64,000 bases of DNA, taken from IMG/VR virus record IMGVR_UViG_3300031992_000011. One strand, 5' to 3'. Position 1 is the first letter of the stretch, and each line of letters begins with the position of its first letter. The stretch comes from a virus (taxonomy: Duplodnaviria > Caudoviricetes). Made by a program: the position numbers and the translations under genes. This document shows positions 22,601-33,531 of this stretch, piece by piece. Under the pieces are notes generated by a model. The model ran no database searches and was not told the DNA's origin. It saw only the letters and a list, made by a program, of their open reading frames with translations.

Positions 22601-25600
22601 ATGGGTCTGTCAAATTTCTTTTATGACGACGAGATACACGCGTTTCCGAGATACGAGAACTCATTCTATTTTTATTTCGGGCTCAAGTACGGCAAGACGG
22701 CCATCGACAAGTTCAACAGCCTATATTACTCGCAGTGCACAGATGACACAGAGTACGGCGAGCAGTACACGGTGTTGTCAAAACCGAACAGTTGGTGCTC
22801 TGATATCACGGAAACAGATGTGGACAATGACGGGTATGTCGCCATGGACCTGTCCAAGATGGCAAGTCCGTTGACTGTCACGTTCTCGGGCAGCGACGGC
22901 GCAACCGCGTATAGAGCGGAAATTGCAGAAACAGCGTCAAAATTCTATATCGCGCAAAATCCCATCGACAAACTTGATACACAGGGGTACAAACATGTGA
23001 CATTCAAAATACCGAACACCGACGACACGGTGAACAGCATAAAGAACGGAAGGTACGTGGTGACCATAGAGGACGCGAACGGCGACATCACGCAAACAGT
23101 GTACATACTTGAACCTGAACAGATGAAATTCGACACCGTCGTCAGCGCATTCGAGGACGACGATAATGTCCTACTGTCTACCCACAACAACGACCGGGAC
23201 GAAATTGCGAAGGATAATGTTTCCGTGAATCAGTCACTCACGCCATACACCAGAGACATAGGGGGAACTATATGTGTGAAAGGAATGAGGGATGAGGACG
23301 AGGACGGAAACGTTGAATACGTGTACTCATATGATATCCAAGTAACCACAACCGACGAGGGATTAGGTGGCGGATCAACATCACCAGTACCCATAGCGTC
23401 TGCAAGAGTAGTAAACAAAGTACTCAACACAGACTACTCGACCAAGAACGTACTGCTACCACTACCGGATGGGGACACTGATTACACGGAACCGATTGTG
23501 ATAATTGGCGTGCCAAAACCCGACATAGACTACACGGTCAAAGTGATCAGATTGTGTGATGATGGGTTAGATACTGGTGACATGACCACAATGAATGTCA
23601 CGGTGGAAGGCCCGAGACCGATGAAACTTTACATCAACGATGTCATTGATTATGACGTCATCAAGGATTGGGGGACTGGTGTTGATGTGAAGTGCGGTGA
23701 ACAAGACATTCTGAAATCGAATGAAGGTAATTTCAAAAAATGGGACAAACTTTCCACAGCAGATTATGACTTGAGCGTGCTTGACAGCATAACAGGACTT
23801 GTCGACATGATGGACTCCTATGCTGACATATTTGACGAAGAAACCTTAGAACAGATAAAGGGATACATCAAAACAGGGAAAATTCAATCTACTGAAGAGG
23901 ATGTAAATGACGTAAATGATGTAATAGGCAAAGCAAAAAGCGCTACTCAAGGGATACGCAATAATCTACAAAAACTTGTCACAGGGGAGGAAGCCTCTTT
24001 TAAATGTGATGAAACTCATGAGGACGAAACACAAGATCGAGTAACAGATAAAGATTGGGAAACAACATGCAAGAACTATCACATGGACGACCCCGCCAGC
24101 GTCATAGAATGGATGGAAAGCGACGACGGTAAAGGGAGTTATTGTTTCAAAGGAACTGCGAACTATGAAGGGGAAGAAGAACCGAACGAGGGCGAAAAAG
24201 ACCCGAAACTGTTTTATGTCAACAAAGGCACAGAAGACGAACAAAAATGGTACAGTTATCCGATTGCGACATACTGCGACATCAACGGATACATCACGAA
24301 CACGATATCCATCATAGATGGGCAGATCGCGTCAATGGACGAACTGCTGAACGAGGATGAAGGCATAAAGGCCACAGTGGAAGGGATACGCTCCGATTTC
24401 ATAACCAACATGAAGCGCACATTCTGGAAGATATGCGAGGGAGAGGTAAAGACCTTCGACTTCACTTTGGACACGCAGAACAAAGGCAATTTAGGCGGAA
24501 AGACATATCCGTTCTATGAGGCCGGTTTTCATAACGAGACGACTGACGAGGAAACTGGCGTGAACTATTTGGACGATTTGTACACATGTCCTGACGAGAA
24601 TAAGAGCGTCCAGACGATAGAGAACGTCACCATACCGACCGTGACCTATAAGGACAGCCCTTATTACAGTGGCGGAAGTGATATAGACGGAAGAGACTCA
24701 TACAGCCAGGTAAAGTTTGGAGGCGTAGAAAAGGAACAATATTACATCAGGGCGATAAATCTCCGTCAACGCTCAATACCGCCGGATGATGGCAGCATGA
24801 ATCATCAATACTTCTCATTTCCGCTGTTGGACAAGACGTTCACGAGCGAGTACAACATGTGGTCTTCCATAATCGGGATGCCGAACTATTTCTACGATCC
24901 GGATAACAATGAGAGTCCAAAGCACATATACATGTTCGGGCTTTTTGCCGGATACATACTGAACGGCATGCCGTCAAATGTCGAGGATGGAAACCGCGTA
25001 CCAGAAGGAGAATTGACACAATTCGAGACGCAGTCGTTAGGGTATTTCAACGTGAAACTCGAAACATCTTACGGAGCAAATGAAGATGAGGACACTATGC
25101 CGGTAAAGAGACTGATTACCGGAGGCGATCTTCCACAAGATTTCACTGTCACAATATTCGGGCACCGCATTACGGTCAGTTCAGCAAACGTCGCAACTAT
25201 AACGGAGATGATGAAGTCATACCGTAAATACAAAGGCCACAATTATATACCAATACTTCCGGTGGACGACACGCTCAATCTGAAGGACGGTCTGGAATGT
25301 GAGATAAACGAAGAGATAAATGGCACGATGTCGGTTGGAATCACAGAAACAGAAATAGTGTCTCCGAAAACAAAGGGAAGCATCACGGTCGAAGTTGAAG
25401 GGGTGTATGACGAGAATGTGAAAATCAATTATTATTGGTATCATCTTAATGAGGCCAAGAATTACCCGTTGAGTGGGGTAAAAAAGCAAACGCAAACTGT
25501 CGTGGATATCGGAGACATAGGCATAAGTTCTGTCGAGTTGGAAGAAGGTTCTGTGATACAGTACAGCAGCAACCCTATCGGAGATGATCCAAGAAGTAAA

Positions 25601-26500
25601 TTCTCAATAAAGAAGAATGGCGGAGGTTATGTATATGCCGTCGCTGAGATAAAAGACGGCAACAAAATCAAAAGATGCCTTACACCGCTTTACGACCTCA
25701 ACATACCGACCATATACGGCGAGGTGTACAACCTGTTCATGATAGACACAATAGAGCCAGATGAAGATGCAGGCACGGAAGAAGATTATGAAGGATGCGT
25801 CAAGCGCGCAGCGTTTGCATTGGCCTATGTCGAACTAAGAGAAGGCAACTATGGCAACTCGGACAAGAATAAGGAAAGGACATACCTGAACCATTTCCCG
25901 TCAACCATAGAATTTGAGGCAACGATATATGATGGCGGAAGCGTGAGAGGAAACGCAAGGATGGAAGGTTCAGAGAGTGTCTGTGTCATAGAGGCTTCTG
26001 ACGAGAATGTCAAGGGCATGAGCGAACGGCAGCGCGGGTACCGCGACGGTTTCTGTGGCGGGGACACACATTTCATCGTCACCGACACGACAGGAATGAC
26101 ATACGAAGCCCAATATGTTGACTGCAGCGGGGAGAGAAGGAAGTATAAAGATGGCGGAGGTCAAGCTGACTTGGACAATTGTTCCACTTTAGTGACTGTC
26201 GATTTGATGTACAATGATGACAGAGATGACGAGAGACTTTATTGGCTTTGCGACGAAAGAGACCGGAAAAAAAATCTGCATAGAAACAGAATAAGGATGT
26301 TCAACAAATATGCATCAGATGCCAACGTCTATGAATTTAAAGCGCCTGAAGGATATGAAATTGACGGCGATGGTAGCTATTATTATACAAAGGAAAACGG
26401 CGCACACGTCCAACAACATTTTAATAATATCACCGCTGACAATACAGTAATAATAAGCGGACCTTCGGTCATAAAACTGAACAAATCGACGAATGGATAG
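19667..26500 (+). CDS. Very large putative virion/tail structural protein (2277 aa)
   Basis: Uninterrupted ORF in structural block; N-terminal beta-sandwich-like GVPNAKVSVF, internal hydrophobic segment, Cys/acidic rich. Confidence 0.7.
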   Translation: MSDSRSYRIRTDILKDESSSVHVNLTQTYDTFQILSVELTQSNAYKLYQSDYGVLVGRIYANGGVGVPNAKVSVFIEADGNDTQTMDTLYGFSNTMSKNVDGVRYNLLPDYVDDACHQTVGTFPNKRYVLDNDDIIEVFEKYYRYTTTTNSSGDYMIFGVPKGGQRIHVDVDLSDIGILSQRPRDMIYKGYDPNQFESPNKFKKDTNLGALVQIISHDAGVYIHPFWGDTSDEGEDIAITRYDFEIPYRFEPTCVFMGSAITTTGGAAIGKNCTPTESLGRMRDIVTGEGNIEMIRKTLDGRIEEFSIKGNRNIDGDGVWCYQIPMNLDYMTTDEYGNLVPTDDPARGIPTRARVRFRVSLDESPADNTARKRARYLIPNNPRDNEDYPDFSTTKQVDYEFGTNTKEENFRDLFWNNVYTVKSYIPRIQKYLRTTERRHTGIKLVKNHGDNNPMPYNNMSIKLTFTYRLLCVLAKVFVQLIVFVNRLIGILSFPLCILAETFLTIAKGLCFSILGIKPLCWLGAPFKAIGNLFYSMVPSCVKIDSEFCGDNMTHAYTFYPGCDLAKCAWEKTKKKHAEDEKKDGKTPEEMTTPTRGTEELYNCIENALAEDNDVTSYNFSNDWINGTLYMPMWFRYIKHAHRIFFGLFKTKERDQWCSADRPMGGLPKLIDVCSIGRGGSTVYRNHDGKRETAYYVSGSVQCPKEKKKNVCHKRVTSESLDYGLIVAKQTMLGQTVYYYKPVEYSRGKLKVLFATDLVLLGSLNDCDRIGTPQFFKYIENSTYIMPDTVLSAENETSVTMDKDGKMQTTYGSNSVSESSGADWGNSNGDLCNKDDKYGEKSDGGLFFSIGCSSIRTTPKSCVNLSRVCEAGVTLDHSLEVTVSDGEYERIPPDGFISDDEVYGESWRSMFATMNGNSLKTKVDIGTGFPVYDFRYLRADAFDNSLYYEMKARQTQCGKVNFKNNYKLEKFSAGYYDFRMGLSNFFYDDEIHAFPRYENSFYFYFGLKYGKTAIDKFNSLYYSQCTDDTEYGEQYTVLSKPNSWCSDITETDVDNDGYVAMDLSKMASPLTVTFSGSDGATAYRAEIAETASKFYIAQNPIDKLDTQGYKHVTFKIPNTDDTVNSIKNGRYVVTIEDANGDITQTVYILEPEQMKFDTVVSAFEDDDNVLLSTHNNDRDEIAKDNVSVNQSLTPYTRDIGGTICVKGMRDEDEDGNVEYVYSYDIQVTTTDEGLGGGSTSPVPIASARVVNKVLNTDYSTKNVLLPLPDGDTDYTEPIVIIGVPKPDIDYTVKVIRLCDDGLDTGDMTTMNVTVEGPRPMKLYINDVIDYDVIKDWGTGVDVKCGEQDILKSNEGNFKKWDKLSTADYDLSVLDSITGLVDMMDSYADIFDEETLEQIKGYIKTGKIQSTEEDVNDVNDVIGKAKSATQGIRNNLQKLVTGEEASFKCDETHEDETQDRVTDKDWETTCKNYHMDDPASVIEWMESDDGKGSYCFKGTANYEGEEEPNEGEKDPKLFYVNKGTEDEQKWYSYPIATYCDINGYITNTISIIDGQIASMDELLNEDEGIKATVEGIRSDFITNMKRTFWKICEGEVKTFDFTLDTQNKGNLGGKTYPFYEAGFHNETTDEETGVNYLDDLYTCPDENKSVQTIENVTIPTVTYKDSPYYSGGSDIDGRDSYSQVKFGGVEKEQYYIRAINLRQRSIPPDDGSMNHQYFSFPLLDKTFTSEYNMWSSIIGMPNYFYDPDNNESPKHIYMFGLFAGYILNGMPSNVEDGNRVPEGELTQFETQSLGYFNVKLETSYGANEDEDTMPVKRLITGGDLPQDFTVTIFGHRITVSSANVATITEMMKSYRKYKGHNYIPILPVDDTLNLKDGLECEINEEINGTMSVGITETEIVSPKTKGSITVEVEGVYDENVKINYYWYHLNEAKNYPLSGVKKQTQTVVDIGDIGISSVELEEGSVIQYSSNPIGDDPRSKFSIKKNGGGYVYAVAEIKDGNKIKRCLTPLYDLNIPTIYGEVYNLFMIDTIEPDEDAGTEEDYEGCVKRAAFALAYVELREGNYGNSDKNKERTYLNHFPSTIEFEATIYDGGSVRGNARMEGSESVCVIEASDENVKGMSERQRGYRDGFCGGDTHFIVTDTTGMTYEAQYVDCSGERRKYKDGGGQADLDNCSTLVTVDLMYNDDRDDERLYWLCDERDRKKNLHRNRIRMFNKYASDANVYEFKAPEGYEIDGDGSYYYTKENGAHVQQHFNNITADNTVIISGPSVIKLNKSTNG

Positions 26501-29294
26501 GAATGAAATTGTGACAAAGGGCGGTGCGTATGTGACCGGTGGGGTCGACCACGACAAGTTCATCACGATAGAACTTCCGCGGTCAAACGCCCTTCTGCAC
26601 TACAATGATGTCAAACGCGATATCGACCATTATGAGCAGTTCATCAAGGAAAAGGCGTCGTGCACCAAATATCGCATTATCGCGACAATAAGACCGTACA
26701 TGACTAATGTTCTGCTTAATCCTTATACAGAAATAGTCAGAATTGACGACAACAGCACCAAAATCATAATACAGCCTGGTGAAAATTTTGGTAGCCAATT
26801 CAGCAAAGTGAACGGAAATCAAAACCCGACAAAGGCAGACATGATTCAGAACACCGAATATTCACATCCGGAACACGGAGGCTGCATTTACCTCCCCGGA
26901 CACGACATATTCGACAACCATTTGTTGAGAAACACGGGGTTCTCGGTCATCACGACAAACAACGGAAGGAATAGAAACGTATTCAACACGATATCAGACT
27001 ACGCCAGAAACGAAGACGGGAGTGTGGTAAAAATAGCGGTGCGTGAGGATGTGAATAATGTGACAGACAAAGAGAGACATCTGTACCGCATTGGGGATAT
27101 AATGAGCTATGAAGATAGCCGTGAGAACAATCTTGTCGAGGAGAACGGATGGTTCGGGTTCATGAACGCGTCGACACTGAAGACCACGTACGCCCCCTCA
27201 TCCGGTGCTGCGCAAAGACAGGAAACATGGTGGAACTGTGTAGACAACAGCAAAAATCCATGTGATTTCATTGACATGTATCCCGGAAGAAGAGAGTTCT
27301 CCATGATACCACAAGTTAACCCCATCACAAATGAAACGGAAACAAACTGGGATTTTGTTCTCACCTATCCGTCATCACACTATCGTGACGGGAACATCAT
27401 CAACGAAAGCATCGGCGCCGTTGCGGTTGTATGGTCGCTCACAGTAACTGAGGGTCAAAACTCGATGCTTCTATACATGAGAACGCCGTTCGCCCATAAT
27501 CTCGAACGAGGTGATGAGATAAAATTGTACATATACAAGGCGGCAAACGGCAACGACGGACCGGGTTACGTCGAATTAAACGAGGATGAGCATTTCACGG
27601 TGGCCGGTGTTGGCAATGCATCCGGTGAATATCCGGACATTTATTTCTTTGTCCGAATTTATCAAGACGCCGAAAATACAGACGACGTTATTTTTGACGA
27701 AGGAGAACACGACGCATTCTTTGCCGGTGCAGGAAACACTCAAACAAGGAACGTTTTGCTACGGTACAAAAAAGTCGTAAATGGGAACGAGTGCGACTAT
27801 TATATCAGACGTTTCAAACAAGTTGACGACAAAACATTATCCGAGAATTACAGGTTGTCATTCGCAAAAAGCATATATGACGACAACATACTTCAGATAA
27901 CGTTCACAGACACTGTCAATGTCGACGGAATCAAGGACAACAGAGGAAGACCGGTGACATCACTTTATTTGACGGCGTTAAAAAAGACATCTTCAAAAAC
28001 CGATTACGACGGATACAAAACAGATACGAGCCTGTGCAGATGTTTCGGTCCGCTTTCGTACGGTTTCGATTATGCACAGACATCGGTAGACGCCACTTTA
28101 AATAAGTTTAACGAAGCAAGCGAACACTTAAGAGACGTTCACTACATCATCCACGATGATGAAGACGACGCTCCGATACAAGATGCCGATTCCCGAGAAT
28201 ATATGGGTGACTTGGTCGAATATTCACCGTACACCGACACTGAGACAATTCTTTGTGGGGTATGTTACCGTTTCAACACGATGCAGAGGGAATACCTTGA
28301 CTTTGAACCTGACATTGGTGACAAGCAACCGACGATAACTTATCATGAAATTTCAGCGGATGACGAAGTGAAAGAAGACGGAACGTTGTCCGGTGATAAC
28401 GGGTTTAAGGTTGAATCAAGAAAAGAGGTTGTGAACAAAAAACAAGAGGGATATTATTATCGGCCGCATTACCAAATACAGATACGGCAGTTTGGTGAAC
28501 TACAGTCCGGAAAACATCGTGAGATGTCCGTGATAGAAGCACACCCTGTCGCTTCTGATTCTGTTTACGTTTCTGTGCGAACCCGCGCACCGCACAGGAT
28601 GTCGGTCGGGGACACGGTAATACTGAGACTGTCAAACACCAACCAGTACACAAACTTCCATGTCACTTCCGTAGAAAACAGCGTCAGGTTCGGAATCCGC
28701 CCATACGACGGACGGTGGGCGTTTAAAGAAGTTGGCGATGACAACACGACCAAATATACCCCATATACATGGATATCTTTGTGCAAGTACTTGTCGTCCG
28801 ACATTCCTTCGCTGACCTATAAGATATGCGGCGCACTTTGGGAAAAATACATGGATGTAGGCGTCAACGACAAAGCCAAATACTACAGATACTGGCAGTA
28901 CATAAAAAGCGGACAGTATTTTGACAGGGGAATGGAACAAGCCATTGAAGACTTGGGATACTCAGATGATTTCAATGACCTTCGGAATGCGTCCAACGTC
29001 CTGTTTCTTGCGCAAAACAAGGACATACCTGACTACGCGACCCAGACCGGACCGAACAGTTATGTGTGGCATGAGATATACAGCAACGGGGACGACAGGG
29101 CGACCGGCATACCGGACTATACGTTCGCAAACGGGGCGATATACCTGACGCCGAATTTCGGGATTTATCTCAAAAGACAAGACCCGGAAGGCATAAGTCA
29201 ACTGAACGACGAAAAGACACCGCCGGACATCATGGGTGACATAATGGACAAGTCTAATTATGAATACATCGAAGAAATAGACACGACATGCTGA
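26493..29294 (+). CDS. Putative structural protein (933 aa)
   Basis: Translationally coupled; internal beta-rich repeats (PFAHNLERGD / APHRMSVGD). Confidence 0.65.
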   Translation: MDRNEIVTKGGAYVTGGVDHDKFITIELPRSNALLHYNDVKRDIDHYEQFIKEKASCTKYRIIATIRPYMTNVLLNPYTEIVRIDDNSTKIIIQPGENFGSQFSKVNGNQNPTKADMIQNTEYSHPEHGGCIYLPGHDIFDNHLLRNTGFSVITTNNGRNRNVFNTISDYARNEDGSVVKIAVREDVNNVTDKERHLYRIGDIMSYEDSRENNLVEENGWFGFMNASTLKTTYAPSSGAAQRQETWWNCVDNSKNPCDFIDMYPGRREFSMIPQVNPITNETETNWDFVLTYPSSHYRDGNIINESIGAVAVVWSLTVTEGQNSMLLYMRTPFAHNLERGDEIKLYIYKAANGNDGPGYVELNEDEHFTVAGVGNASGEYPDIYFFVRIYQDAENTDDVIFDEGEHDAFFAGAGNTQTRNVLLRYKKVVNGNECDYYIRRFKQVDDKTLSENYRLSFAKSIYDDNILQITFTDTVNVDGIKDNRGRPVTSLYLTALKKTSSKTDYDGYKTDTSLCRCFGPLSYGFDYAQTSVDATLNKFNEASEHLRDVHYIIHDDEDDAPIQDADSREYMGDLVEYSPYTDTETILCGVCYRFNTMQREYLDFEPDIGDKQPTITYHEISADDEVKEDGTLSGDNGFKVESRKEVVNKKQEGYYYRPHYQIQIRQFGELQSGKHREMSVIEAHPVASDSVYVSVRTRAPHRMSVGDTVILRLSNTNQYTNFHVTSVENSVRFGIRPYDGRWAFKEVGDDNTTKYTPYTWISLCKYLSSDIPSLTYKICGALWEKYMDVGVNDKAKYYRYWQYIKSGQYFDRGMEQAIEDLGYSDDFNDLRNASNVLFLAQNKDIPDYATQTGPNSYVWHEIYSNGDDRATGIPDYTFANGAIYLTPNFGIYLKRQDPEGISQLNDEKTPPDIMGDIMDKSNYEYIEEIDTTC

Positions 29295-31075
29295 AATACA
29301 ATGTGAACATCAATGACGTCTATGAAGACCTTGAACGGTTGGACGTGATAGATATCGACCTGTCAGACTACACCGGAAATGACGGCACAGAGACCGGACA
29401 GGTCTATACGACCATCACAGTTTCCGACCCGTGGCGTGTCGGGGTCGGCGACCTCATCACCGCCAAGATGCTCAGGACTGTGGACGATCAAGACAATGAA
29501 CGCGACGGACATTTCACAGACTCATACAAAGTCACGTCAGTGTCAGACGACGGACTGTCGTTCACAGTGCCGCATGGACGGAGGTATGAACTGGACGGGA
29601 GAAGCGCTGACATATATGCGGTGACCGGCGAGGACGGCACTCAGACATATTACATCGAAATCCGTTTCAACCAACTGCATTTCTTCCGCGAATCCGACTC
29701 GATAACATTGTACATCACCGACCACAACGGAGAGGAGATTCCCGCACAGTGTGATTTTGTCGATGTCATGGCTGTAAGGCATGAATACGATCCAGAAAGC
29801 CAAGACGACATCATGTTGCTGAACATGCTCACCGGCAATGCAGAAAATGGTGAATACTTCAACATTGATTTGAGCCGTTTCACGATAACACGCGACCAGT
29901 TCATGTTCGAACCGTACGGATACAACGACCACATACTCGACCTATATGTCCAGAAAACTGCGAGAAGCGTACAGTTGCCGCTTTCTGTCAAATTCGCCAC
30001 CGACATGTACCAAGACGGGAACCGCGAGGCGTTCGCCCAAAGACTTCTTGACTCGTCGATAAATTCAATACGCGAGAACGAGAAGGATGTCTATTACCCG
30101 TGCAAAGGGTTAGACGGTGACAGAAACCCCGTCGAAGTCGTCAAACTGATAAAATTCAACCTTCATATGAGGAAGAGGAGCAAAGAAGGATGGAATGTCG
30201 AGACAGGTGCCGGATGGAACACCATTTCCAGCAACCCATATGGCAATGGCAATCGGGAGTACCAATCAGACCTGTTGTGTCATCTCGGGTTCACGAACAA
30301 TGACGTCCGTTTTCAAAAAAACACGTTGAGGCACACGTTCATAAGGCTTCTTTTCTTTGACAGTCCGAATCCTGCGACACAGACGCTGCTCGCAGAGTCC
30401 ACAGTTTTTTACAACGCCCCGCTCGCATTCGCCAGATATGCCAAATATTACACTGAGGATGCGGACAATTATGTCGCATGGGATGACAACGGTGAACCAC
30501 CGACGCAATTGAATGGCGACAGTAAACCACCGACGCAATTGAATGGAATAAGGGTGACACGAGAGTACTTTCCGGACAGCAATAAACAACACGACTTTCC
30601 TTATATCGACGAAAGGAGACTCGGCGCACAGTTTGTCACCGGTGACCGCGAGACGGAATGGTCATCTGACGGGTTCTACCTGTATCTGTGGCATGATATC
30701 GGAAATACAGACGCAGAAACAGACAACACGTTATACATGCGGGTCGAACTAAACCACGCCGGATACGGAAGAATAGTTCCGTTCATGTATCCTTATTATG
30801 ACGATGGCGGGCAAAATAACCACGTCAAAACAATGAGCGAAATATTAGATGATTTTAATGGCAATACACAATATGACATTGAGACATACATGGACTATGC
30901 CCATATAAGAATAAAGTACGAAAAAGCATCCGACGGCAGGTGTGTGTATTATCTTGACACGGCGAAATATGGCGATGGCATGTATAAAAACGGCACACTT
31001 TACATTAACCTGTACGAGGCAAGAATAAAGGAGGAGAACACCAATGAAGAAAATACAGAGGAAGGTGGGGATTGA
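29288..31075 (+). CDS. Putative structural protein (595 aa)
   Basis: Coupled ORF in structural operon. Confidence 0.65.
   Translation: MLKYNVNINDVYEDLERLDVIDIDLSDYTGNDGTETGQVYTTITVSDPWRVGVGDLITAKMLRTVDDQDNERDGHFTDSYKVTSVSDDGLSFTVPHGRRYELDGRSADIYAVTGEDGTQTYYIEIRFNQLHFFRESDSITLYITDHNGEEIPAQCDFVDVMAVRHEYDPESQDDIMLLNMLTGNAENGEYFNIDLSRFTITRDQFMFEPYGYNDHILDLYVQKTARSVQLPLSVKFATDMYQDGNREAFAQRLLDSSINSIRENEKDVYYPCKGLDGDRNPVEVVKLIKFNLHMRKRSKEGWNVETGAGWNTISSNPYGNGNREYQSDLLCHLGFTNNDVRFQKNTLRHTFIRLLFFDSPNPATQTLLAESTVFYNAPLAFARYAKYYTEDADNYVAWDDNGEPPTQLNGDSKPPTQLNGIRVTREYFPDSNKQHDFPYIDERRLGAQFVTGDRETEWSSDGFYLYLWHDIGNTDAETDNTLYMRVELNHAGYGRIVPFMYPYYDDGGQNNHVKTMSEILDDFNGNTQYDIETYMDYAHIRIKYEKASDGRCVYYLDTAKYGDGMYKNGTLYINLYEARIKEENTNEENTEEGGD
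30495..30546 (+). repeat. 22 bp direct repeat, 30 bp period (PPTQLNG x2)
   Basis: AACCACCGACGCAATTGAATGG at 30495 and 30525. Confidence 0.9.
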
Positions 31076-32579
31076 GTGCATGACCAGCCGCATTCCGGGA
31101 CTGTTCGCGTATATTGACTACTCCGAAACCGGAGGCACAGTTCTGCGGAAGGCCACCGAGAGTTCAGACGGGTGTTACGGGAAGGTTGTCGAAGCCATCG
31201 TGTGCCCGTGCCAGCTGACAGTCGACGGAGAAGACATCATACTCCGGGCACACATATACAACTACAGCGAACTGATGTCAGCTTATTACACATACAAGGA
31301 CATCACGCCGGCAAAACACCCGTTCATGAAGATGATGCGCGACGCCATCGGGGAGGTGCATCCAAGAGACACAGGAAAGTTCACAGAAGAAGAAGACCTT
31401 GTTCCGGAGACACTGTATCTTTCCAACGCAAGAACGTTGCTTAAAGAGATGGATGCGCTCAAGAAGGCGTGCGACATGCTGGACACACTCGCAGAGATGG
31501 GGGAAGAAGACACCGAAATTTGCTGCCGATGCGAAAAATACAAGAGAATGGGCGGACAGAAGATGCAGGAACTACTGGCGGAACTAATTGAAAAGGCGGA
31601 AAACACGGCGAACAGCATGTACAACCTCGCCAGATACGGCAAGGGTAGACTGTCATTGAATATACCGCTAACTCTAACGAAGAAAGAAATCGGACACTAT
31701 GGTCTGGCGGAAAAAGACCTCAAGAAAGGGGAAGAACAGATTAAAGAAGGCACAACCATACAATATTGTTCAGTGAAAGACACAAGCCGTCTGACATCAT
31801 TAAGAGGAGAGGCACCGTCAGACGCTTATGGAAATCCTGCGACACCTGGTTCCGATGAGGATTTTTTGGGGTACTACACTGTGGGGAAAATACGGAATGC
31901 GCAGTACGAGAGAGATGAGAATGGGAATATAACCGGATGTGTTGGCGACCAAATACAAAACATAACAGTCAATGAGGGCACCCGAACGCTCACATTTGAG
32001 TATGTCATTGGCGCACGGTTCGAATTCACTTATGACACAAGTGGCGGGATCACCACAGGAGAACCAGATGGCGGATTATATTTCACTGAGTCTTATACAT
32101 ACGAAGAAAACAGTGATATAGACATGATTGTCAATCAACAAGACGATTTTGATAAACTTATAAATGGGAATTATGTCAACCGATACATAGAAGATGAAAA
32201 TCAAGATAAGACATATTACGCCAATGGATTGTGTTTCCCGTTCAAACTTTACGGAACGACAAATGACGTGGAGAGGGACATCGGCTGGCAAAAGGGCAAC
32301 ACAACATATGTGATGTCCGAATACAGCACAAAAGTCAAACACACTTATGACACAATCAAGAATAGAACCGGATATGAGAAATACGAGACAAACGCCTTAT
32401 ACAAGGACGACTCGTTGTCAAACCTGTTATATGCGCCGAACGTCAGCGGCGACATATTCATAAAACGCGGCAACAATTCCGCCTTCGACAGACACATAAG
32501 GTTGTCCGAGATAAAGACATTGGACGATCTTGACACATATGAAAATGGCGCATATTACAAGATCGAGAACTTGAGTTGA
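31044..32579 (+). CDS. Putative structural protein (511 aa)
   Basis: Coupled ORF. Confidence 0.65.
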   Translation: MKKIQRKVGIECMTSRIPGLFAYIDYSETGGTVLRKATESSDGCYGKVVEAIVCPCQLTVDGEDIILRAHIYNYSELMSAYYTYKDITPAKHPFMKMMRDAIGEVHPRDTGKFTEEEDLVPETLYLSNARTLLKEMDALKKACDMLDTLAEMGEEDTEICCRCEKYKRMGGQKMQELLAELIEKAENTANSMYNLARYGKGRLSLNIPLTLTKKEIGHYGLAEKDLKKGEEQIKEGTTIQYCSVKDTSRLTSLRGEAPSDAYGNPATPGSDEDFLGYYTVGKIRNAQYERDENGNITGCVGDQIQNITVNEGTRTLTFEYVIGARFEFTYDTSGGITTGEPDGGLYFTESYTYEENSDIDMIVNQQDDFDKLINGNYVNRYIEDENQDKTYYANGLCFPFKLYGTTNDVERDIGWQKGNTTYVMSEYSTKVKHTYDTIKNRTGYEKYETNALYKDDSLSNLLYAPNVSGDIFIKRGNNSAFDRHIRLSEIKTLDDLDTYENGAYYKIENLS

Positions 32580-32619
32580 AAAACATTTTTCCTTAAATTT
32601 ATATAAAAAAGACCGCAGC

Positions 32620-33531
32620 ATGAATGCCATATACGGAATAGTCAAACCATCATTGATAGACGTCAACAAAGACGTTGACATCTACTACCACTACAGGAAG
32701 TCAAGGACTTCCGACGACCCTTCTTTCCGGAAATTCAGGAAGATACAGGATCCGACAATAATGCTCAGTGGAACAGACATCGCCGATTCAGACATCGGCG
32801 ACATGGTTGACAGCCAGCTTCCCGGAATGTTCAGGTTAAACCTACCGTTGAGCATATTCAGCAGGAAAGGCATATACACGATATACATCAAACCCAGGGA
32901 ATACAAGACATTGATAGCGGACATAGGGGCCCTGCAGTCATATCCCGACATACGCGGTGTTGTGGTCAACGAAACGAATATGCCTTCAAACCTCAAGAGC
33001 GGCGCACCGGACAGCCTTGTTGGATACGCAATATCATATTTTAGCGACGGAAGCAGGGACGACGTCTACCGCATAGTGACCAGCAGCAACAGATGCAGCG
33101 TTTCGACAGAACAGCTGAACAATCCGTACCAGCAGGCGCCGGCATACCGTTACAACGACGGAGGAACTTTGTGGTTCCTCACGGTGACACCGTCATCACG
33201 GCCGGACTTCAAAACAAACGCACTGCCGTACATAGGAACTCCCGGACAGACAATCACACTGTCAAACACAAAGTTCGACCCGGTGATGGTAGAGGTGGAG
33301 ATTGTGGACCACGACATCGAGACCGTCAGTGTGATGCTTGAGGGCGAGCAGGTCAGGAATCTTGAGAATGGAAGGGTCACGCACTATAATTTTGACGGTG
33401 AGATATACAAACAGTTCGAGTTCTCGACGGTTAAGGACAACTACACCACGAGCAACGTTGCGGAGGTGAAACTCGACAAGTCCGGAAACATCGACACGAG
33501 TCTTGACATACAAGAACTTAGAGACGCATAA
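32620..33531 (+). CDS. Putative structural protein (303 aa)
   Basis: ORF in structural block. Confidence 0.65.
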   Translation: MNAIYGIVKPSLIDVNKDVDIYYHYRKSRTSDDPSFRKFRKIQDPTIMLSGTDIADSDIGDMVDSQLPGMFRLNLPLSIFSRKGIYTIYIKPREYKTLIADIGALQSYPDIRGVVVNETNMPSNLKSGAPDSLVGYAISYFSDGSRDDVYRIVTSSNRCSVSTEQLNNPYQQAPAYRYNDGGTLWFLTVTPSSRPDFKTNALPYIGTPGQTITLSNTKFDPVMVEVEIVDHDIETVSVMLEGEQVRNLENGRVTHYNFDGEIYKQFEFSTVKDNYTTSNVAEVKLDKSGNIDTSLDIQELRDA

